DNA of 64,000 nt from Clostridia bacterium (GCA_016938675.1 JAFGUF010000016.1:2792-66791), one strand, 5' to 3'. Counted from the first letter of the stretch, positions 10,358 through 20,241 are shown. The notes: generated by a model from the sequence alone, not told the origin. Program-made: numbers and translations.

Positions 10358-11281
10358 ATGATATACAATGACATATTAGAGCTCGTAGGGAAAACCCCTA
10401 TGGTCAAACTAAATAGATATATGAAAAAATATAATCTCAGCGGAAACATAATTGCAAAGCTTGAAAACACAAATCCAATGAACTCGGTAAAAGACAGGGT
10501 AGCGCTGCAAATGGTACTAGACGCCGAGGAAGACGGAAGGATAAATAGCAGCACTACACTCATTGAAGCAACCAGCGGCAACACAGGCATTGGCCTAGCA
10601 CTGGTAGCCGCCATAAAAGGATATAAACTGATAATAACCATGCCGGAGACCATGAGCATTGAAAGAGTGCAGATTCTCAAAGCTTTCGGAGCAGAAGTTG
10701 TGCTTACCCCCGGCAGTGAAGGAATGAAGGGCTCCATAAGAAGGGCTGAAGAGCTAAACTCAGAAATTGCAAACAGCGTTGTAATGAGCCAGTTTACAAA
10801 TCAAAGCGTCGTAAAAGTACACAGGATAAATACCGGAAAAGAAATACTTAATGACCTTAACGGAGATGTCAATATCCTTGTAGCGGGCGTAGGCACAGGC
10901 GGCACTATTACAGGAACAAGCCAGGTGCTTAAGGAGCATAACCACGATATAAAAACAATAGCTGTTGAACCTGCAGGTTCGCCTATGATATCAAAAGGCG
11001 AGAAAGGCCCGCATAAAATCCCAGGCATCGGAGCAGGATTCATCCCGGAAGTGCTGGATGTAAATATAATTGACGAAGTAATAACAGTATCAGACGCTGA
11101 TGCGGCGGCCACAGCCAAGGAGCTGCTCGTTTCAGAGGGGCTATACGTAGGGGTATCCGCAGGGGCTGCTGTGTACGCGGCTAGGCAGGCTGCAGCAAGG
11201 AAAGAAAACACAGGCAAAAACATCGTAGTTATACTGCCCGATTCCGGCTACAGGTATATGTCAAATAACATTTTTGAATAA
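10358..11281 (+). CDS. cysK: Cysteine synthase A (O-acetylserine sulfhydrylase)
   Basis: ILELVGKTPMVKLN, PLP-lysine context NSVKDR, SGNTGIGLA, GVGTGGTITG. Confidence 0.9.
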   Translation: MIYNDILELVGKTPMVKLNRYMKKYNLSGNIIAKLENTNPMNSVKDRVALQMVLDAEEDGRINSSTTLIEATSGNTGIGLALVAAIKGYKLIITMPETMSIERVQILKAFGAEVVLTPGSEGMKGSIRRAEELNSEIANSVVMSQFTNQSVVKVHRINTGKEILNDLNGDVNILVAGVGTGGTITGTSQVLKEHNHDIKTIAVEPAGSPMISKGEKGPHKIPGIGAGFIPEVLDVNIIDEVITVSDADAAATAKELLVSEGLYVGVSAGAAVYAARQAAARKENTGKNIVVILPDSGYRYMSNNIFE

Positions 11282-11295
11282 TATGATTGAACAAT

Positions 11296-11331
11296 AAAAA
11301 GCCGGCATTACTTTATGTGCCGGCTTTTTTT
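11296..11331. terminator. Bidirectional terminator between convergent cysK and the Fe-S aldo/keto reductase
   Basis: AAAAA-GCCGGCA-(10 nt)-TGCCGGC-TTTTTTT. Confidence 0.65.
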
Positions 11332-12352
11332 ATACTATTGCTTTTTCATCCAGGAATTTCTCATAATGATCAAGATTCTTTTTTAGAAGATTTGGTATGT
11401 CAAGCCCGTAAGGGCACTTTTCAACGCACGCTCTGCATTCAATGCATTCATTAATCATTTGCATTTTTGCCTGCCATTCATCTGTTACAAAGTCCTGCCA
11501 TACAGCTCTTCCGCAAAGCTGCGTCATCCTCGCGCAGTTGTTTATCTCAATATGAACCGGGCATGCACTTGTGCAGTATCCGCAGCCTCTGCAAAACTCG
11601 CCTTGCAGTTCCTCTCTATATTTTTGGAGTTTATCTTTAAGCTCACCTTCCAGGGCTATCCCGCTTTTCTCGAGCTCTATAAAGTCATTTAGCTCCTCTT
11701 TTTTCTGGATACCCCATATAGTACATACGTTATCATAATTTTCTATGAATGAATATGCTACCTTCGGGTCATCTATCAATCCGCCTCCCATTCCCTTCAT
11801 CGCTATTATTCCCATGTTGTTATCTCTGCATTTTTCAGTAAGGCTCAGGTCCTTTTCATCCGACAGGCAGAATATTGGATACTGAAGGGTTTCATAAAGA
11901 CCGCATTCGATTGCTGTCACAGCGCTTTGATAGCTGTGGCTTGTCACTCCTATGTGCCTTATCACCCCCTGCTTTTTTAGCTCAAGCATGTATCTATACA
12001 TTGGGTTATCTTCATCCGGCACTTCATGTACATTGTGAAATTGATATATATCTATATAATCCGTCTGGAGCATTTGGAGACTTGTTTCCAGATGACTTTT
12101 CATTTCTTCTAGGCTGCCTGCATGTGTTTTGGTAGCAATTATTATATCTTTCCTGCTGCTCCCAAACGCTATGCCTAGCTTTTTCTCGCTGTCTGAATAT
12201 GCCCTGGCAGTATCAAAAAAATTGATTCCCGCATTCTTTGCAGCATTCAGTATTTCGACCGCCTCATCAACAGTGCACCTCTGAATCGGCAGCGCGCCGA
12301 AGGCAGTCTTGGTTACTTCTAGGTTTGTCCTGCCAAGTAGTATTTTTTTCAT
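11330..12352 (-). CDS. Aldo/keto reductase with C-terminal 4Fe-4S ferredoxin-type domain
   Basis: AKR-like N-terminus (GINFFDTARAYSDSE) and C-terminal Cys clusters CRGCGYCTSACP and CIECRACVEKCP. Confidence 0.75.
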   Translation of the reverse strand: MKKILLGRTNLEVTKTAFGALPIQRCTVDEAVEILNAAKNAGINFFDTARAYSDSEKKLGIAFGSSRKDIIIATKTHAGSLEEMKSHLETSLQMLQTDYIDIYQFHNVHEVPDEDNPMYRYMLELKKQGVIRHIGVTSHSYQSAVTAIECGLYETLQYPIFCLSDEKDLSLTEKCRDNNMGIIAMKGMGGGLIDDPKVAYSFIENYDNVCTIWGIQKKEELNDFIELEKSGIALEGELKDKLQKYREELQGEFCRGCGYCTSACPVHIEINNCARMTQLCGRAVWQDFVTDEWQAKMQMINECIECRACVEKCPYGLDIPNLLKKNLDHYEKFLDEKAIV

Positions 12353-13077
12353 AGGTCTTCCTTTCCAATATAGTCTATCAGGTCCCAGGCAGATAACATG
12401 CCCAGTATTTTTTGGCTTTCGTCCCCTGTCTCTGTAACAAACACTACTCCCAGCCTCTTTCCATCCATTATGTCGGAAGAATACATTTCTGTAAGCTCAC
12501 TCAACAGCATATCCTTTGCCACGAAACAATATCTCTCGTCTATGTGCTCTTTAATGCTGTCTCCTAAATCCTTTATTTTTAGGCCACTGCCAACCGCCGC
12601 TGTTGTATTCCTGCGCATGTATGTAAAAATGCTGTCTCCGCTTAAGACACCTGCAAATTCATCATTTCTGCAGACTGGAATATATGAATAATTTTTGTCG
12701 TGCATCACCTTTACGCAGTCAATCAGCAGCATTTCCGGCGAGGCAAAAAACATCTGATCAGCCTTTGTGGATATCGATAGGGCGGTCGGAGTATTTTTAA
12801 GTTTATTGAGTATGCGTTCATACCTTCTTACTGCTTCTGGATGAGGTTCAACTATTGGATTATAGCTTCCTGTGGAGTCGTGCACAATCATGTTTCGTAC
12901 ATTCGCAAAGGTGCGCAGCTCATCATAATTAGATTTTATAACATGATTCTTCTTGGACAAAATATTAAGCAGCTGTACATGGGAATGAAAATTCTTTTCA
13001 TGAAGCATTTTCTCCATCTCTTCACTGAGCTCATTATATATGTTAACAAATTGCGTGCTTAATCTATCTTCCTGCAT
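12349..13077 (-). CDS. CBS-pair protein with N-terminal HEPN-like helical domain
   Basis: N-terminal ~95 aa are helical and contain ELRTFANVRNMIVHD (an R-x4-H HEPN-type signature). The C-terminal ~140 aa look like a CBS pair (IPVCRNDEFAGVLSGDSIF..., VVFVTETGDESQKILGMLSAWDL). ATGA overlap with the downstream reductase. Confidence 0.5.
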   Translation of the reverse strand: MQEDRLSTQFVNIYNELSEEMEKMLHEKNFHSHVQLLNILSKKNHVIKSNYDELRTFANVRNMIVHDSTGSYNPIVEPHPEAVRRYERILNKLKNTPTALSISTKADQMFFASPEMLLIDCVKVMHDKNYSYIPVCRNDEFAGVLSGDSIFTYMRRNTTAAVGSGLKIKDLGDSIKEHIDERYCFVAKDMLLSELTEMYSSDIMDGKRLGVVFVTETGDESQKILGMLSAWDLIDYIGKEDL

Positions 13078-13183
13078 TTCTCATCCTCCCGCGGTTTTCA
13101 TTTCACTAGCAGACAAGGCTCTCATATTTGAAAGCCCTGCAATATTATAATATATATTTTTATTTATTTCTAGGCTCTATGAC

Positions 13184-13615
13184 CTATGCAGCATCTGCTG
13201 CCAGAAACTTATTGTCAATTATCCGGGAAACTATCGCACTGCATTTCAGTACTGATTCCATCAGATCCTCATGGTACATTCCGTGGAAAAGGCTTAGGTT
13301 TACTTCGTACTTCCTGTGGTCAATGAGACTGCCTTCATACCCTGCCATATGCGGCTTGCAAGAAAGATCCGAAAGAAAATGCGATACTATGCCCAGTCTT
13401 ACAGACATCGCAAATTTAGTTTTATTGTTCCTTCCGCAAAGCTTTTCAATTTTCTTCTGCAAATAATCGTATGACCTGATATTGTGCGGCCTGAATCTCA
13501 TATTTGGCAGTATATCTGGGAGAACTGAGCCCAGTCTGTAAAAAAACCTGTTTAAGTCGTCCTCAAACTTTTTGTGCACTACATCCGCGATGTGTAAATG
13601 TGTCTTAAGCTTCAT
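13184..13615 (-). CDS. Zinc-dependent phospholipase C-like family protein (tentative)
   Basis: THLHIADVV..., GSVLPDI..., HNI..., SHFLSD pattern resembles small Clostridial proteins annotated this way. From recollection only. Confidence 0.35.
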   Translation of the reverse strand: MKLKTHLHIADVVHKKFEDDLNRFFYRLGSVLPDILPNMRFRPHNIRSYDYLQKKIEKLCGRNNKTKFAMSVRLGIVSHFLSDLSCKPHMAGYEGSLIDHRKYEVNLSLFHGMYHEDLMESVLKCSAIVSRIIDNKFLAADAA

Positions 13616-13719
13616 GTATGTTCCTTTCCATCCTTGGTATATCTATATATCTATTCTATAGTATATTCATTGTCGGTACAACCGACAATAAATACAATTA
13701 ACTCATTTATTGCATTATT

Positions 13720-15129
13720 TTAATATGCTTTTTCCATTCCGTTCTCTATTTCGTGACGCTCCACATAAAATCGCTGAATTTTATACTCGTCATCTTTTGC
13801 TATGCCTGCCTTCTCAAGAGCGATTTCTATCTGATTATCCACATCTTTTACGCCGCTTAAGTTCGGGAGCAGAAGCCCTCTTCTATAATCTTTGGTAACG
13901 ACAATGCCGTACTTATTAATATCAAGCTGATCTCTGCTTGTGACCTCCTCCAAATGAGATAGTACATCAACGGATATTTCGAGCTCATCTAGCTCTTCAC
14001 TCTGAACTTCAGTAAACCGAGAGTCTTTAGCTGCGGCCTGAATAGCATTATCTATTATTTCCTCTGCGATGCTAGCCTTCGTCGGTGCCATTGTGCCTAT
14101 GCACCCGCGCAGCCTGCCTTCTCTCTTTATTGTAACAAATACGCCCGCCTGATTTATGCACAATTCCTCGCTTGCATCCCCAGGCACATCTATTTTTTCA
14201 CGCTTCTCTACAAATGTGTTTATGGCTTTCCTCGCGAGACGGATATATTCATCTTCGCGAACTTTATTTTTCTCATCAATATCCTTCTTAATCTGAAGGT
14301 ACTGGCTTATTAAGTGTTCCTTATCTTCATAGGTGCATTCTATATGCGCCGTCATATATCCGACTCCATAGGGAGCTTCATAGGAATATACTTGTGCCTG
14401 CGCTGAATATCCATCCATCGCGCCAATAAGCATCTCCATTGGTTTCTGTGCACACTGCCCTGCCTTTTGCACCATATTTTCATCCAGAGATAATATGCTA
14501 AGAAAATTATTATCCTTCACCATTCCTACAATGGCGCCGTCGTATGCTGCTCCCATCTCATCATAATCTTCGGCTTCCTTATTAAGCCTATGCGATAAAT
14601 CACCGCTAGCGATTATCACATTACCATCTCCCATTATCTCTGCAAGTATTTTGCCTGCCTGGTACATCTGCGTTTTAGGAAGGTATCCGATATTTATATG
14701 AAGCAGACGAAAATCTTTATACTGGCCTAGTATAAAATAAAGCGGCACCATCGCTCCGTGGTCAAGCTCAGTGCTTATCTCATATTTCTTTGCAGTTACT
14801 GCGTCGAGCGCAAGACAGTTAATTCCGCTTGCCCTCAGTCCGCTGCATAAAACAAGAGCTTTCTGAAAATCACCATTCAGCTCCATCTGGATTCGAGGCT
14901 GTCCGAATTCCACAAAACTACCAGAAAGTTTATCCTCAATATTAATGCACAGGCCGTCAGAAAAAACATTACCATGAGGCGTGATAACTGCTATTGTCTT
15001 GGGCGCAAGGCTTTTTACCTTCTCAGCGATTCTATTCATCGCCTCCACGGTAGCCTTTGCTGCGATTTCCTTGCCCTGCCCAATCTGTTCTATTGCCAGG
15101 GGCGGATGCGGCATAATAAAAAGATTCAT
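13720..15129 (-). CDS. Fusion protein: class-III extradiol dioxygenase/Memo-like N-domain plus AMMECR1 domain (AmmeMemoRadiSam protein A-like)
   Basis: N-terminus MPHPPLAI...ITPHGN... is LigB/Memo-like. C-terminus has the AMMECR1 hallmark GRLRGCIGTMAP and DSRF. Confidence 0.65.
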   Translation of the reverse strand: MNLFIMPHPPLAIEQIGQGKEIAAKATVEAMNRIAEKVKSLAPKTIAVITPHGNVFSDGLCINIEDKLSGSFVEFGQPRIQMELNGDFQKALVLCSGLRASGINCLALDAVTAKKYEISTELDHGAMVPLYFILGQYKDFRLLHINIGYLPKTQMYQAGKILAEIMGDGNVIIASGDLSHRLNKEAEDYDEMGAAYDGAIVGMVKDNNFLSILSLDENMVQKAGQCAQKPMEMLIGAMDGYSAQAQVYSYEAPYGVGYMTAHIECTYEDKEHLISQYLQIKKDIDEKNKVREDEYIRLARKAINTFVEKREKIDVPGDASEELCINQAGVFVTIKREGRLRGCIGTMAPTKASIAEEIIDNAIQAAAKDSRFTEVQSEELDELEISVDVLSHLEEVTSRDQLDINKYGIVVTKDYRRGLLLPNLSGVKDVDNQIEIALEKAGIAKDDEYKIQRFYVERHEIENGMEKAY

Positions 15130-15293
15130 ACTTCAGTGCCTCAATTCAAAAGAAAACTTTTGTTTTTTTAAATTATATCATAGTAATATGCTGCAAAAAA
15201 GCGTTCTTTATTATATTGCGCCCCCTTTTTTAATAATTTATTCTTTATTAATATTTTTAATATATATTCTATATTTCAAGGCTTATTTTCAGC

Positions 15294-15322
15294 AAAAAAC
15301 CATTTCATTTAATGAAACGGTT
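15294..15322 (-). terminator. Terminator after the rubrerythrin gene
   Basis: Minus strand reads AACCGTTTCATT-A-AATGAAATGGTT followed by TTTTTT. Confidence 0.6.
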
Positions 15323-15363
15323 CTCTGCCTTACTATAAGTTGTGTATTTATATCATTAAAGAA

Positions 15364-15909
15364 TCAGCTGAAATATCTTTCCAGCAATCCTTTGAATGCT
15401 TTCCCGTGGCGAGCTTCATCCTTCGCCATCTCATGAACTGTGTCGTGTATTGCATCAAGATTCTGCGCTTTTGCCATCTTTGCAATCTCAAATTTTCCTG
15501 CAGTAGCACCGTACTCAGCCTCTACTCTGGCCTGAAGGTTTGCTTTCGTATCAGCTGCTACGACTTCTCCCAGCATTTCTGCAAATTTAGCTGCGTGCTC
15601 TGCCTCCTCAAAGGCTATTCTCTTATAAGCCTCTGCAACCTCAGGATAACCTTCCCTGTCAGCCTGTCTGCTCATTGCCAGATACATTCCTACCTCTGTG
15701 CACTCTCCCATGAAGTTTGCCTTGAGACCCTCTAAGATTTCTGGGTCGACTCCTTTTGCAATACCGATTTCATGTTCTGTTGCCCACGTCATATTTGTGT
15801 CTGTAATTTCAACGAATTTTTCCGCCGGTGCATTACACACCGGACAATTTTTTGGCGGATTTTCACCCTCAACAATTTCACCACATACTGTGCATCTAAA
15901 TTTCTTCAT
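15364..15909 (-). CDS. rbr: Reverse rubrerythrin (N-terminal rubredoxin-like, C-terminal ferritin-like diiron domain)
   Basis: N-terminal CTVCG...CPVC rubredoxin knuckles, then E...EEAEH and E...DEARH diiron motifs. Confidence 0.85.
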   Translation of the reverse strand: MKKFRCTVCGEIVEGENPPKNCPVCNAPAEKFVEITDTNMTWATEHEIGIAKGVDPEILEGLKANFMGECTEVGMYLAMSRQADREGYPEVAEAYKRIAFEEAEHAAKFAEMLGEVVAADTKANLQARVEAEYGATAGKFEIAKMAKAQNLDAIHDTVHEMAKDEARHGKAFKGLLERYFS

Positions 15910-15937
15910 TGAATCCTCCTTTAATCAGTAAAATATA

Positions 15938-16324
15938 TTATTGACTGCTCTGGCACTCTTTGCAGACTCCATAGCAGGTTAAATCATATGTATCTACCCG
16001 CATGTCTATTCCGGATATTGTTTCTTTGAGCTTTGCAGATGGCAGTGCGTCATGTATGTCTGTAACTTTTGAACACTTCCTGCAGACAAAATGAATATGA
16101 GGTTCCACATTCGCATCATATCTGTCAAATGTCGCTCCACATGAAAGCCTCTGTATCTTGCCCATTTCCTCCAGCACAGCCAGATTACGATAAACAGTAC
16201 CCATACTTATATCGGGGAATTCGGCCCTTGCTTTATCGTAAATCCAGTTCGCTGCAGGATGAGACGTAGTCCCTTGGAGGATTTCAAGAATTTTTTGCCT
16301 TTGTTTTGTTTTTCTGTATTCCAT
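15938..16324 (-). CDS. perR: Fur-family transcriptional repressor, probably PerR-type
   Basis: MEYRKTKQRQKILEIL..., HxHFxCxxC and C-terminal CxxC. Start moved to the internal ATG at 16324 because the longer ORF covers the promoter. Lies directly upstream of rubrerythrin. Confidence 0.7.
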   Translation of the reverse strand: MEYRKTKQRQKILEILQGTTSHPAANWIYDKARAEFPDISMGTVYRNLAVLEEMGKIQRLSCGATFDRYDANVEPHIHFVCRKCSKVTDIHDALPSAKLKETISGIDMRVDTYDLTCYGVCKECQSSQ

Positions 16325-16332
16325 AACAACCT

Positions 16333-16387
16333 TATCAGTAATCGTTCTTGTTATTGATAGTATAAAATAACATACCGTTCTTGTCAA
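16333..16387 (-). promoter_or_regulatory. Promoter (TTGACA-17-TATACT) plus imperfect inverted repeat (candidate Fur/PerR operator)
   Basis: Minus strand has TTGACA at 16387-16382 and TATACT at 16364-16359. An inverted repeat TATCAATAAC/ATTACTGATA (8 of 10 paired) at 16333-16359 lies between the -10 and the ATG. Confidence 0.5.
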
Positions 16388-16475
16388 GCGGCATTATTAT
16401 CAATTTCTAAAAAACCATTACCGCGTGTAAAAATATGGTATAATAAACTGTCAATTCTTAAAACAGGAGAAAGGT

Positions 16476-18011
16476 ATGAATAAAAAAATCCGGCTAGCAG
16501 CAATAGTAATATCAATTTTTCTTATATTGTCCATTTTTGCGCTTGTGTATATTTACCCTTTGTACAATTTCACGAAAATACTTGATAATGTATACATAAA
16601 TGAAATAAATATGGGTGGGCTTACGAAAGAGCAAGCCATAGATAAGCTTATAGCTTTGAGTCAGAATTTAGCTGACAACTTTTCCATCGATTTAACCTAT
16701 GGCGAAAAAATGTGGATTATTAGTTCTGATGACTTAAATTATGACCCTCTTTCTGCAATTGACTCTGCTGTAAGCGAAGCGATTGAATACGGGCATAATG
16801 GAACGCTTGTAGAGAGAATAGCAGCAATAAGATCTGCTCACCCCGTTAAGATACCGTGCAATTTATTATACGATGAAGCCTCCATAGTAAATATGCTTGA
16901 ACATGCAAAATCCGAGCTAGTATGCCCTTTTAATCCTGATGCAGTTACATTCTCTCCACAGGCAGAAAAAACATATACAATTGATGATTTAACTGCACTC
17001 AACTATATTCCGCAGGAAAGCATTGAAGATCAGGCTGAGCTGGATAATTTGAATTCCTATCTAAAAACTGTATTTGAGTATAACCTTGATGCGCCCGTAT
17101 ATGAAATGAACGTAGAAAAAACGTTGGATAAGATACTTGAGGACCTTAGTTATGATAATATTGCTGATGTCGAACTGGCTATAGAAAAAGGCGATAATTA
17201 CTATAGCATTGATGAACTAAAGAATAGAACCACTTTGGTTTATCATTCCTCCAGCGGCATCGCATATATATCAACTTATGACAGAGACTGTAACATAACT
17301 ACAGCTCTAGGCCGCTTTGACGGATATGTGCTTTATCCCGGCAGTCAGCTCTCCTTCAATGAAATTGCACTGGAAATCAATATAGAAAACGGATATAAGA
17401 TTGCACCCGGTATTTCAAGTAGTCCGCTTACTTTCCAAGGCATAACTCAGGCATCAACAATAATATTGAATGCCGCTATAATGTCATGCTGTGATATCAT
17501 TGAGCGGAACTCACATGCTTATCCTGTTTATACTGCAAATGATGACTACGCGCAGTGCGGCCTTGACTCATTCGTTGAATGGGGCGAGAAAGACCTTATA
17601 GTCAAAAACAATACTAATTATCCTATATATTTTGATACATATGTCCACTGGACAGAGATAGATAGTGCCTCTTATGCGTACTGCAACGTATACACCATGC
17701 CTTTACCCGACGGGCGAAAATATGTTATTGAGTCTGTTTTGGAGTACGAAGGCGAAATGCCTGAACCTATTTATACTGAAATAACAAATGAAAATGAATT
17801 GCCCGGCTATAACTATGAAGTTTATAGAGATGATAATCTAGGCAAAATGGTTTATACCTTAACGGCAGACCCTCTCCCAAAAAGAATATATGGTGTTTAC
17901 AGAATTATCAAAGATGCTGAAGGAGCAGAATTGAGCCGCGAAAAGTTGTATGACGCAGTATATGAGGAGATCACTTTAGAAGCATTTCTGCTTCCCATAC
18001 CTGAGGAATAA
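16476..18011 (+). CDS. VanW-family protein (YoaR-like) with N-terminal membrane anchor
   Basis: N-terminal TM helix and the motif DRDCNITTALGRFDGYVLYPGSQLSFNE typical of VanW domains. Confidence 0.55.
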   Translation: MNKKIRLAAIVISIFLILSIFALVYIYPLYNFTKILDNVYINEINMGGLTKEQAIDKLIALSQNLADNFSIDLTYGEKMWIISSDDLNYDPLSAIDSAVSEAIEYGHNGTLVERIAAIRSAHPVKIPCNLLYDEASIVNMLEHAKSELVCPFNPDAVTFSPQAEKTYTIDDLTALNYIPQESIEDQAELDNLNSYLKTVFEYNLDAPVYEMNVEKTLDKILEDLSYDNIADVELAIEKGDNYYSIDELKNRTTLVYHSSSGIAYISTYDRDCNITTALGRFDGYVLYPGSQLSFNEIALEINIENGYKIAPGISSSPLTFQGITQASTIILNAAIMSCCDIIERNSHAYPVYTANDDYAQCGLDSFVEWGEKDLIVKNNTNYPIYFDTYVHWTEIDSASYAYCNVYTMPLPDGRKYVIESVLEYEGEMPEPIYTEITNENELPGYNYEVYRDDNLGKMVYTLTADPLPKRIYGVYRIIKDAEGAELSREKLYDAVYEEITLEAFLLPIPEE

Positions 18012-18014
18012 TCA

Positions 18015-18042
18015 TTGACAAAGAACATATATCTGATATAAT
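18015..18042 (+). promoter_or_regulatory. Promoter of the thrS leader
   Basis: TTGACA (18015-18020), 16 nt, TATAAT (18037-18042). Confidence 0.6.
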
Positions 18043-18049
18043 ACAAACA

Positions 18050-18272
18050 ATATCAGCAGAATATGACAGGGTTTTAGTAGCTTTGGATTATCAGCTTAAA
18101 AGAGAATGTATGCAGCAGCTGTAAGCATACTAAGCTGAACTGAATGTGAATACCGCCCCTTGATTTTGCAGGGTAAGCCCTTTACAGCTATTTAAGCGGT
18201 CATATATAATATGGCAATTTGGGTGGAACCGCGGAATTAACCGTCCCTTAAGATTTCTTAAGGGGCGTTTTT
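18050..18272 (+). promoter_or_regulatory. T-box leader (tRNA-Thr sensing) with terminator
   Basis: AGAGA element, candidate ACC specifier at 18152-18154, T-box sequence AATTTGGGTGGAACCGCGG at 18217-18233, and a terminator CGTCCCTTAAG-(5 nt)-CTTAAGGGGCG followed by a T-run. Directly upstream of thrS. Confidence 0.8.
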
Positions 18273-18300
18273 TATATTATTTTTAAGAAAGGAAAAAATT

Positions 18301-20241
18301 ATGAACATTAAGTTAAAAGACGGCAGTATCAGGGAGTTTAAGTCAGGGCTTACAGTAAAAGATATACTATTTGAAATAAGCCCGGGCCTAGGTCGTGCAG
18401 CGGCAGCAGCCCTTGTAGACGGCGAAGTTGTTGACCTGCGCACAGTAGTAGAGAAGGACTCGGAGCTCACCGCCCTGACTACTGAGGACGAAGGCGGCAT
18501 GAAAGCCTATCGTCACACCGCTTCTCATATAATGGCACAGGCCGTAAAAAGGCTGTATCCAGATGCAAAGCTGGCAATCGGCCCTGCTATAGACAACGGA
18601 TTCTACTACGATTTTGATGTTGAAAAGCCCTTTTCTCCGGATGACCTGGAAAAAATCGAAAAAGAGACGAAGGAAATTGTCAAGGCGAATTATCCTATCG
18701 AAAGATTTGAGCTTCCAAGGAGCGAAGCAATAGAACTTATGGATAAACAAGGAGAACCCTACAAAGTGGAGTTAATAAACGATTTGCCTGCAGACAGCGT
18801 TATTTCCTTCTACAAGCAAGATGACTTCACCGACCTTTGCGCTGGTCCACACCTTCTGAGCACAGGGGCTAAGAAGTTCCAGTTTAAGCTGCTCTCTGCC
18901 GCTGGTGCCTATTGGAAAGGCAGCGAAAAAAACAAAATGCTGCAGCGTATCTACGCCACATGCTTCGAGAAAAAAGAAGATCTGGATAATTACCTAGAGC
19001 AGCTGGAGGAAGCAAAGAAAAGAGACCACAATAAGCTGGGCAGAGAGCTTGGCTACTTTACTACAAATGAAGCTGTTGGCCAAGGCCTGCCTCTGATTTG
19101 CCCGAAGGGTGCAAAGACTATTCAGATAATGCAGCGCTTTGTTGAGGATGAGGAGGAACGCAGGGGATATGAGCTGACTAAGACGCCTTACATGGCCAAA
19201 AGCGACCTGTATAAAATATCCGGCCACTGGGACCACTACAAAGATGGCATGTTCGTGCTGGGCGATGAGGAGAAGGACGACGAAGTGCTCGCTTTGCGCC
19301 CAATGACCTGCCCTTTCCAGTTTATGATATATAAAGCCTACCACCACAGCTACAGGGATTTGCCTGTGCGCTACACTGAAACCTCTCCCCTATTCAGAAA
19401 CGAAGCTTCAGGAGAAATGCACGGGCTTATTAGGGTACGCCAATTTACTCTGGCTGACGCTCACATCATATGTCGCCCGGACCAGATAGACCAGGAATTT
19501 AAAGACGTGCTTGACCTAATTCAATATATCATGAAGGCCTTAGGCGTAGATAAAGACGTAACATACAGATTCTCAAAATGGTCCAAAGACAATAGAGAAA
19601 AATATATAGACAATGAAGCGGCATGGGAATCCACTCAAGCAATAATGAAACGAATCATCGATGAAATCGGCCTGGAATATACGGAAGCCGATGATGAAGC
19701 CGCCTTCTACGGCCCTAAGCTGGATGTTCAATTTAAAAATGTATTCGGAAAAGAAGATACCCTGTTTACTCTGCAGGTTGACTTTGCCCTAGCTGAAAGA
19801 TTTGACATGTACTATGTCGATAAAGACGACGTACGACAGCGCCCATACATCCTTCACCGTTCATCCATAGGCTGCTATGAAAGAACGCTCGCTATGCTTA
19901 TAGAAAAATATGCAGGAGCTATGCCACTATGGGTAAGCGCCGAACAGATACGAATCCTTGCTGTTACAAACAGAAGTGATGAATATATAAACAGAATATC
20001 CGAAATGATGCGCAGCAAAGGATTAAGAGTCAAAACTGACCTTAGAAACGAAAGTATCGGATACAAAATCCGTGAAGCGCGGCTTGAAAAGGTTCCCTAT
20101 GTTCTGGTTGTGGGCGATAAGGAACAGGAAAGCGATACTGTTGCTGTCAGGCGCCGAGGCGAAGGAGAAATCGGCACAATGAACATAGATGAATTTATAG
20201 AGATGGCGGCTAAAGAAGACCTAACAAAGGTGATTTTCTAA
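18301..20241 (+). CDS. thrS: Threonine--tRNA ligase
   Basis: TGS N-domain, editing domain (HTASHIMAQA), class II core (RPMTCP, FRNEASG, VRQFTLADAH) and anticodon-binding C-terminus. Confidence 0.95.
   Translation: MNIKLKDGSIREFKSGLTVKDILFEISPGLGRAAAAALVDGEVVDLRTVVEKDSELTALTTEDEGGMKAYRHTASHIMAQAVKRLYPDAKLAIGPAIDNGFYYDFDVEKPFSPDDLEKIEKETKEIVKANYPIERFELPRSEAIELMDKQGEPYKVELINDLPADSVISFYKQDDFTDLCAGPHLLSTGAKKFQFKLLSAAGAYWKGSEKNKMLQRIYATCFEKKEDLDNYLEQLEEAKKRDHNKLGRELGYFTTNEAVGQGLPLICPKGAKTIQIMQRFVEDEEERRGYELTKTPYMAKSDLYKISGHWDHYKDGMFVLGDEEKDDEVLALRPMTCPFQFMIYKAYHHSYRDLPVRYTETSPLFRNEASGEMHGLIRVRQFTLADAHIICRPDQIDQEFKDVLDLIQYIMKALGVDKDVTYRFSKWSKDNREKYIDNEAAWESTQAIMKRIIDEIGLEYTEADDEAAFYGPKLDVQFKNVFGKEDTLFTLQVDFALAERFDMYYVDKDDVRQRPYILHRSSIGCYERTLAMLIEKYAGAMPLWVSAEQIRILAVTNRSDEYINRISEMMRSKGLRVKTDLRNESIGYKIREARLEKVPYVLVVGDKEQESDTVAVRRRGEGEIGTMNIDEFIEMAAKEDLTKVIF

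Noticed and set aside
10318-11223. 139-aa and 140-aa minus-strand ORFs inside cysK
   Set aside because: They are antisense shadows of a well-supported, highly conserved gene, with low-complexity translations.
16325-16387. N-terminal 21-aa extension of the Fur/PerR ORF (track start at 16387)
   Set aside because: The extension covers a near-consensus -35/-10 promoter and an operator-like repeat. The homologous protein sequence starts at MEYRKTKQRQ.
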